30,307 bases of DNA from IMG/VR virus record IMGVR_UViG_3300037756_000013, positions 1 to 30,307 of that record. One strand, written 5' to 3'. This DNA is from a virus (taxonomy: Duplodnaviria > Caudoviricetes). Both the position numbers and the translations under genes were made by a program. The first letter of the stretch is position 1; each line of letters begins with the position of its first letter. The notes under the pieces were generated by a model, which did not search any database, was not told the DNA's origin, and worked only from the letters and a program-made list of their open reading frames with translations. This document shows positions 25,320 through 30,307 of the stretch, one piece after another.

Positions 25320-26137
25320 ACGCCCGACGGGATCGTGCGCGGATGGGCATGGCCCCCGGCGTGCAGAAGAACGGGCGCCGAGTGTGGACCGACGACGAGC
25401 TCGGGTTCATCCAGTCGCCGCCGCGTGGGTGGACGAACCAGGACATCGGCGAATACCTCGAACGCAGCCCTAAGACAGTGAAGACCTACCGCCAGAAGTT
25501 GCGCAACGGGTGGTCTCCAGAGAGGCACATGTGGACTGAGGAGTTCCTCGACGCGATCAGGGCCTCCGCCGGTCGCCATCGCGAGGATGTCGCCGCCGAA
25601 CTTGACTGCTCGCTCTCCACGGTCAAGAACGCTCGCACCTATCTGCGGATGGGTGGCCACCTCCCCAAGGGTCGCTGTAGCCCATCGTCTGTGGCCGACA
25701 GGCCACTGCTGGCCAAGACGTGCGTTGAGTGCGGCCTCCTCTGGGGGGGCGCGCACTTCAACCAAACGCCAGGGCGTGGCTACGACTCGCGGTGCTACCG
25801 CTGCAAGAACGCGCGCTATCGAAAGCCCGAGTCGAGAACCGCTGCAAAGCAGAGGGCCTATGTGGCAGCGATGGAAGCGGCGACGGAGTCGATGGCGACC
25901 CCAGAGAAGCCCTACCAGTCGAGTCGTCGGCAGCCCTGGACCGAGGCCGACGTCGCAATGCTTGAACGCCGAGACCTCACCACCCCGCAGATCGCTGCGG
26001 CGCTGGGCCGGTCGTGGCTGGCAGTGAATAGCGCATGCCACTCCTACGGCGTCAAGCGACCAACGGAGCGGGTCAGCCAGCTGCCTACCGGCGAATGGCG
26101 GATCGACTTCCCAACCCTTGAGGAGATCGCAGCATGA
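25316..26137 (+). CDS. DNA-binding protein with three WT-led HTH modules and a C4 zinc finger
   Basis: WTDDE...IGEYLERS, WTEEF...VAAELDCS, CVEC...CYRC, WTEAD...IAAALGRS. Confidence 0.75.
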   Translation: MNARRDRARMGMAPGVQKNGRRVWTDDELGFIQSPPRGWTNQDIGEYLERSPKTVKTYRQKLRNGWSPERHMWTEEFLDAIRASAGRHREDVAAELDCSLSTVKNARTYLRMGGHLPKGRCSPSSVADRPLLAKTCVECGLLWGGAHFNQTPGRGYDSRCYRCKNARYRKPESRTAAKQRAYVAAMEAATESMATPEKPYQSSRRQPWTEADVAMLERRDLTTPQIAAALGRSWLAVNSACHSYGVKRPTERVSQLPTGEWRIDFPTLEEIAA

Positions 26138-26247
26138 ACGCCTTCAGTTGGACCAGCGAGACCTGGGGACAGCCCGGTCACAACGTCCACGAGGCCGCCG
26201 CCGGCTCGTGGGTTGACGACCACCACGCGGACGGGGGGCACGGGTAA
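26134..26247 (+). CDS. Hypothetical 37-aa protein
   Basis: ATGA overlap at the start and TAATG overlap at the end; MNAFSWTSETWGQPG... Confidence 0.5.
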   Translation: MNAFSWTSETWGQPGHNVHEAAAGSWVDDHHADGGHG

Positions 26248-26450
26248 TGACCGACCTCCCCCGCGTCGCCTTCACTCGGCGAGAGGCCGCCGAGATGTGC
26301 GGCGTTGGCGTCGACACCATCGCCCGCGCCAAGAACAGCGGCGCTCTCAAGGCCAAGCGGCTCACCAAGGACGAGACGCAGAAGGGCGGCAAGGAGCTGT
26401 ACACCCTGGCCGCGCTGACGTCGTGGCTCGAAGGGCTGGCCGACGCATGA
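26247..26450 (+). CDS. Excisionase-like winged HTH protein
   Basis: AFTRREAAEMCGVGVDTIARAKNSGALKA...LTSWLE. Confidence 0.8.
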   Translation: MTDLPRVAFTRREAAEMCGVGVDTIARAKNSGALKAKRLTKDETQKGGKELYTLAALTSWLEGLADA

Positions 26451-26689
26451 ACACCACCCTCACCCGCGCCGAGGCGATCAGGCGCCGCGATGCCGCATGG
26501 GAGCGCTACGGCCACGCCAAGGCGGAGCGCGACTCATGGGCCAACACCCTCGCCCAGAACGTCGCCACCGGCCGCAGTCAGGCGCAGGGGTCGATCGACG
26601 CCTACACCGCCGCCCGGGCTGCCGCGTTCGAGGCGCGGGCCGACTGGCGTGAGGCGCTGCAGCGTTGCGGCGAGCTGATGTCGTCATGA
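26447..26689 (+). CDS. Hypothetical helical protein (80 aa)
   Basis: ATGA-coupled at both ends. Confidence 0.7.
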   Translation: MNTTLTRAEAIRRRDAAWERYGHAKAERDSWANTLAQNVATGRSQAQGSIDAYTAARAAAFEARADWREALQRCGELMSS

Positions 26690-26883
26690 ACGCCGCCGTG
26701 ACCATCTTCATCGTCGCCGCCGCCCTCGTGGCCCTGTTCCTCGCCCTCCGCAGCCTCAAGCGTGACGCCGACCGCAGGCTCGACGCCATCCTCGCCGCCG
26801 ATGAGCGCGAGACCGAGCGACTTCGGCAGGCGGGCATCCAGGCCGGGTTCGACGCTGGCTGGCACGGGGGGTCGGGGCGATGA
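26686..26883 (+). CDS. Small N-terminal TM membrane protein
   Basis: MNAAVTIFIVAAALVALFLALR; ATGA-coupled. Confidence 0.7.
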   Translation: MNAAVTIFIVAAALVALFLALRSLKRDADRRLDAILAADERETERLRQAGIQAGFDAGWHGGSGR

Positions 26884-26996
26884 CCCGCCTCGCGCTCCGC
26901 CTCACCTTCGCACTGACCTCCGACGTCCTGCGCTCCCCCTTCCGCCTGCACGCGGCGGCTGGGGCGTGCGAGGCCATGGCTTGGCGGCTGCGATGA
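26880..26996 (+). CDS. Hypothetical 38-aa protein
   Basis: Exactly fills the gap with ATGA overlaps at both ends (MTRLALRLTFALTSD...). Confidence 0.5.
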   Translation: MTRLALRLTFALTSDVLRSPFRLHAAAGACEAMAWRLR

Positions 26997-27247
26997 GTGC
27001 CGAGGTGTTGCGTGAGGCCGCAGACGCCATGCGGAACGACGCGGAGTCCGCGAACCCCGAGGCGATCCACCCCGATGCGGCATGGCATCCCGCCGTCGCG
27101 CTCACCGTCGCGGAACTGCTGGACGAGGTTGCTGGCTGGCGCGAAGAGGGTCTCGGCCTCATGCCGACGACCAATCTCGCGGACGCGTGGAGTTGCGTCG
27201 AGCGACAGGCCAACGTCGTCGCTCGCGCCTACCTCGGCTCCCCCTGA
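26993..27247 (+). CDS. Hypothetical protein (84 aa)
   Basis: MSAEVLREAADAMR...WHPAVALTVAELL...VARAYLG; ATGA overlap. Confidence 0.75.
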   Translation: MSAEVLREAADAMRNDAESANPEAIHPDAAWHPAVALTVAELLDEVAGWREEGLGLMPTTNLADAWSCVERQANVVARAYLGSP

Positions 27248-27250
27248 GAC

Positions 27251-27350
27251 CCACCGCCCGCGCTCGTCCGACCCCCCCCCCGGCGCGGGCGGTGGCACCA
27301 ACCCCCAGCAGCACGAGAGCCCCGAAGCCGGGAAGGGGCTGGGGCTCTCG
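27251..27350 (+). promoter_or_regulatory. Twin intergenic hairpins (structured RNA element)
   Basis: 13-bp stem 27251-63/27283-95 with a C10-containing loop; 10-bp stem 27314-23/27341-50 with a G-rich loop. Confidence 0.6.
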
Positions 27351-27376
27351 CAAACAACTACGGAAGGCATCCTCTC

Positions 27377-28264
27377 ATGGAACGCATCGTCAAGACACAG
27401 GCCGAGCTCGACGCGGCCCTGGCTGACAAGTCTGTCGACTGGATCGAGATCCGCTCCGAGCGTGGAGTGTGGTTGACGGTCACGGCATACGGCTTCGCGA
27501 CGGTCACGGCATCCGACTCCGCGACGGTCACGGCATCCGACTCCGCGACGGTCAGGGCATCCGACTCCGCGACGGTCAGGGCATACGGCTCCGCGACGGT
27601 CAGGGCATACGGCTCCGCGACGGTCAGGGCATACGGCTCCGCGACGGTCAGGGCATCCGACTCCGCGACGGTCAGGGCATACGGCTCCGCGACGGTCACG
27701 GCATCCGACTTCGCGACGGTCACGGCATCCGACTCCGCGACGGTCACGGCATGCGACTCCGCGACGGTCAGGGCATACGGCTCCGCGACGGTCACGGCAT
27801 ACGGCTCCGCGACGGTCAGGGCAACCCCCAAGGTTGCAGTCCACCTCCACAGCGCAAGCGTCAAGGTCAGCGGTGGTGTCGTCATCGACGTCAGCAAGCC
27901 GCTCACCGACCCTACCGACTGGGCCGACTATCACGGGGTCACCGTCAGCAAGGCTGGCGTGGCCACGCTCTACAAGGCGGTGCGCGACAACTTCCAGTCC
28001 TACCACGGCATGTCCTACGCGCCTGGCACCAAGCCCAGCGCCCCCGACTGGCGAGACGACGACGAGTGTGGGCGCGGTCTGCACTTCTCACCCTCCCCCA
28101 CTCAGGCACTCGCCTACGACGACGAGGCGACCCGCTTCCTCGCGGTCGGTGTGAAGCTCGCGGACCTGCGACCCCTGTCCGGTGGTACGGCGAAGTGCAA
28201 GGCGCCGCGTGTTGTGCGGGCCTGCGTTGAGGTCGACATCGACGGCAAGCCGGTGTCGGCATGA
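27377..28264 (+). CDS. Octapeptide-repeat (beta-solenoid) protein with a C-terminal YK...CG.GLH domain (DUF7666-like)
   Basis: About 14.5 ATV(R/T)A(YG/SD)S repeats, then LYKAV...ECGRGLHFSP...A.AY...KCKAP. Confidence 0.8.
   Translation: MERIVKTQAELDAALADKSVDWIEIRSERGVWLTVTAYGFATVTASDSATVTASDSATVRASDSATVRAYGSATVRAYGSATVRAYGSATVRASDSATVRAYGSATVTASDFATVTASDSATVTACDSATVRAYGSATVTAYGSATVRATPKVAVHLHSASVKVSGGVVIDVSKPLTDPTDWADYHGVTVSKAGVATLYKAVRDNFQSYHGMSYAPGTKPSAPDWRDDDECGRGLHFSPSPTQALAYDDEATRFLAVGVKLADLRPLSGGTAKCKAPRVVRACVEVDIDGKPVSA
27475..27823 (+). repeat. 24-bp tandem repeat, about 14.5 copies
   Basis: Unit GCGACGGTCA(C/G)GGCAT(AC/CC)G(G/A)CT(C/T)C. Confidence 0.97.
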
Positions 28265-28431
28265 CCACCCACCCCGTCATGGACTTCGACCTCGTGAAGT
28301 CCGTCTACGACCTCACCGACTCCGCCCGCCGGTTCGTGCTCGCCGATGTCACCGTCTGGCTCGCCGAGCATGGGGCCGTGACCGCCGGGGACATGCGCAG
28401 GTTCATCGACGAGGCGAAGGCGATCGCATGA
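28261..28431 (+). CDS. Hypothetical 56-aa protein X1 (paralog of 29505-29678)
   Basis: MTTHPVMDFDLVKSVYDLTDSARRFVLADVTVWLAEHG...; ATGA overlaps; the conserved paralog supports coding. Confidence 0.85.
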   Translation: MTTHPVMDFDLVKSVYDLTDSARRFVLADVTVWLAEHGAVTAGDMRRFIDEAKAIA

Positions 28432-28964
28432 GCGCCGCCCTAATCGACCCCGCGATCCTGTTCGCCGAGCCCGACCATGGTTCCTGTTGCGGATGCTGTG
28501 AAGGGTTCTGCCCGAAGTGGGAAGATGACCGCGGCGACGAATACGCAGACGTGCTGGCCTTGGCGAGGGTTGGCGACGTCGATTACCTCGGCACGCATCA
28601 CTGCATCATTCGACGCGACGCTCAGGCCGACCTTCCCGAGAAGATTGCCGATCGAGTCATCGCCGCCAAGTCGGTCAATCTCGACTGGGCAACCATCCCG
28701 GACGAGAAGCCCGCGGCCGACGATCGCGCTCAGTCCGCAACCCTGCTGGACAGGCTCGACCGATCCGGCATCACTCGGCATGACGGCGGTGAGGTTGTTC
28801 ATCTGTACCTCGGCGACCTCCACGTCGGCTGGTGCAAGTGGAACAGCGGAGTCGCGGGGATAGTCGACGCAGACCTCTCGCTCGTGCGGACCATCGCCCA
28901 GGGGTGCGGCATCACCCTCGATGCCGCGTCGATCGCGCTCTACCTTGCGCGGGGTGGGGTCTGA
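28428..28964 (+). CDS. Hypothetical protein (178 aa) with CCGCC...C cluster
   Basis: ATGA and TGATG coupling. Confidence 0.7.
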   Translation: MSAALIDPAILFAEPDHGSCCGCCEGFCPKWEDDRGDEYADVLALARVGDVDYLGTHHCIIRRDAQADLPEKIADRVIAAKSVNLDWATIPDEKPAADDRAQSATLLDRLDRSGITRHDGGEVVHLYLGDLHVGWCKWNSGVAGIVDADLSLVRTIAQGCGITLDAASIALYLARGGV

Positions 28965-29293
28965 TGACCCCCGAGACCGCCTACCTCGTCGCTGGCCTCG
29001 CGCTGGCCCTCCTCGCCCTCGCCATGTGGCTGCCGTCCCTGGTGCAGCGTGCCCGACGCGAGGCCGCCACCCGGCTCGCTGACGACGGCTGGCTCGACGA
29101 GGACCACGACCGGGCGATGCGCGAGGCGTGCGAGCGGGAGTTGGCGAGTGCGCGGACGCCTGTGTTCGACGCGCTGTGGATCGAGGCCCTGTCCGCCGCG
29201 TTGGAACAGCATGACCGCCGTACAGGCCAGCGTCGTCATGGTCGCTACGTGACCCCCGGCGACTGGCTCCGACGAAAGGAAATCATGCCATGA
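28964..29293 (+). CDS. Membrane-anchored protein Z1 (paralog of the gene at 30070)
   Basis: N-terminal TM YLVAGLALALLALAMWLPSL; near-identical second copy. Confidence 0.8.
   Translation: MTPETAYLVAGLALALLALAMWLPSLVQRARREAATRLADDGWLDEDHDRAMREACERELASARTPVFDALWIEALSAALEQHDRRTGQRRHGRYVTPGDWLRRKEIMP
29075..29201 (+). repeat. 127-bp exact repeat, copy 1
   Basis: Identical to 30181-30307; the preceding bases differ (G vs C). Confidence 0.95.
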
Positions 29294-29508
29294 GCAACAC
29301 CCAAGAGCCGCTGGACGCCATCCGAGAGGCGCTCCAAAGCCCTGATGTGCGGATCGCGCTGCCGCACACCTTCACCCATGGCCGAGGCGTTCAGGTCTAC
29401 GTCAAGTCCCGCAAGATCGGCCCCATCATCTTGCGCTCGGGCGATCAGTCGCTTGCCGACCTGCTGACGATGATCGGCAACCTCGCAGAGAGCGAGGTGT
29501 CGGCATGA
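29290..29508 (+). CDS. Hypothetical protein (72 aa)
   Basis: RBS AAGGA; ATGA overlaps at both ends. Confidence 0.7.
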   Translation: MSNTQEPLDAIREALQSPDVRIALPHTFTHGRGVQVYVKSRKIGPIILRSGDQSLADLLTMIGNLAESEVSA

Positions 29509-29678
29509 GTGCCACGCACCCCGTCATGGACCTCGACCTCATCAAGTCCGTCTACGACCTCACCGACGACGCCCGCAGGTTCGTGCTGGCCGACATCACC
29601 GTCTGGCTTGCCGAGCATGGGGCCGTCAGTGCCGAGGATCTGCGCCGCTTCATCGACGAGGCGAAGGCGGTGGCCTGA
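29505..29678 (+). CDS. Hypothetical 57-aa protein X2 (paralog of 28261-28431)
   Basis: MSATHPVMDLDLIKSVYDLTDDARRFVLADITVWLAEHG...; 46 of 54 residues identical to X1 from THPV onward. Confidence 0.85.
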   Translation: MSATHPVMDLDLIKSVYDLTDDARRFVLADITVWLAEHGAVSAEDLRRFIDEAKAVA

Positions 29679-29679
29679 C

Positions 29680-29871
29680 GTGACCGAGTTCCGACCCTCC
29701 GACGCCGCCATGCTCGCCTACCTAGACGGCGAGCACGGGCCACCCCACCCCGAAGCGGTCCAGATCATTCAGGACGACCTCGCTCGCGCGGCCCTCTGTT
29801 GTTGCGAGTCCAGCCCGCCCGAGTTTGGCGGCAATCTCCCCGACCGCGAATGCCCGCGATGCATGGCGTGA
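29680..29871 (+). CDS. Hypothetical 63-aa protein with CCC...CPRC
   Basis: GTG start 1 nt after the X2 stop. Confidence 0.6.
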   Translation: MTEFRPSDAAMLAYLDGEHGPPHPEAVQIIQDDLARAALCCCESSPPEFGGNLPDRECPRCMA

Positions 29872-29875
29872 CCGC

Positions 29876-30073
29876 ATGAGCACCGGGAAGGTCCGCGTCA
29901 TCGTCGCCAACATCCACGGCGGCGAGGTCAAGGACCTCCGCCGTCTCGTTGACCTCCTGTGTGCGATCCAGTTGTGCTGGCCGTCCGCCGAGGCTGAGTT
30001 CAACAACAACAACACGATCACCGTCAGCGTTCTCCGCGCACCGACCACCCCGACGTTCGCGGGTGTCGCATGA
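29876..30073 (+). CDS. Hypothetical protein (65 aa)
   Basis: MSTGKVRVIVANIHGG...; ATGA-coupled to the next gene. Confidence 0.6.
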   Translation: MSTGKVRVIVANIHGGEVKDLRRLVDLLCAIQLCWPSAEAEFNNNNTITVSVLRAPTTPTFAGVA

Positions 30074-30307
30074 GCACCGAGACCGCATGGCTCCTCGCTG
30101 GCCTCGCGCTGGCCCTCCTCGCCCTCGCCATGTGGCTCCCGTCCCTGCTGCAGCGCGCCAACCGCAAGCTCGACACGCTCCTCGCTGACGACGGCTGGCT
30201 CGACGAGGACCACGACCGGGCGATGCGCGAGGCGTGCGAGCGGGAGTTGGCGAGTGCGCGGACGCCTGTGTTCGACGCGCTGTGGATCGAGGCCCTGTCC
30301 GCCGCGT
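30070..30307 (+). CDS. Membrane-anchored protein Z2, truncated by the window end
   Basis: MSTETAWLLAGLALALLALAMWLPSLLQRANRKLDTLLADDGWLDED...; paralog of Z1. Confidence 0.8.
   Translation, partial: MSTETAWLLAGLALALLALAMWLPSLLQRANRKLDTLLADDGWLDEDHDRAMREACERELASARTPVFDALWIEALSAA
30181..30307 (+). repeat. 127-bp exact repeat, copy 2 (sequence end)
   Basis: Identical to 29075-29201. Confidence 0.95.

Noticed and set aside
27475-27823. CRISPR array
   Set aside because: Contiguous 24-bp units with no unique spacers, in frame within a CDS; no cas genes.
26756-28230. Alternative-frame repeat ORFs (GHGIRLRD, CPDRRGAV, AVTVAESD)
   Set aside because: Shadow frames kept open by the tandem repeat; only 27377-28264 has an RBS, a coupled stop and a recognisable domain.
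28261-30307. Diversity-generating retroelement TR/VR pair
   Set aside because: Differences between the paralogs are not adenine-specific, and no reverse transcriptase is in the window.

Overview
This window is the left ~30 kb of a temperate, high-GC actinobacteriophage with siphovirus organisation, in its free (unintegrated) configuration. Gene order: terS, terL, small membrane protein, portal, HK97-type protease, HK97-fold capsid, head-tail genes, an antisense HNH endonuclease, major tail protein, tail chaperone with a probable -1 frameshift, tape measure, minor tail proteins and a beta-helix tail spike. A lysis cassette follows (amidase, a DNase-I/EEP-like protein, membrane proteins, holin), then a 5-gene post-lysis 'appendage' module and a terminator. 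The centre holds a divergent secreted-protein/RHH pair, an intact attP (3' half of tRNA-Leu(TAA) plus 5 arm-type repeats), a translationally coupled operon ending in a tyrosine integrase, and a repressor/Cro switch. The early arm has an excisionase, an octapeptide-repeat protein and a partly duplicated gene cassette, where the sequence ends on an exact 127-bp internal repeat. Best candidates for new biology: the EEP protein in the lysis cassette, the attP-to-int coupled operon with a 4-codon bridging ORF, a TerL whose nuclease acidic residues appear lost, the post-lysis fibre module, the repeat/ART-like protein and the cassette-swapping duplication. All product calls come from motif recognition and synteny by eye; no searches were run.
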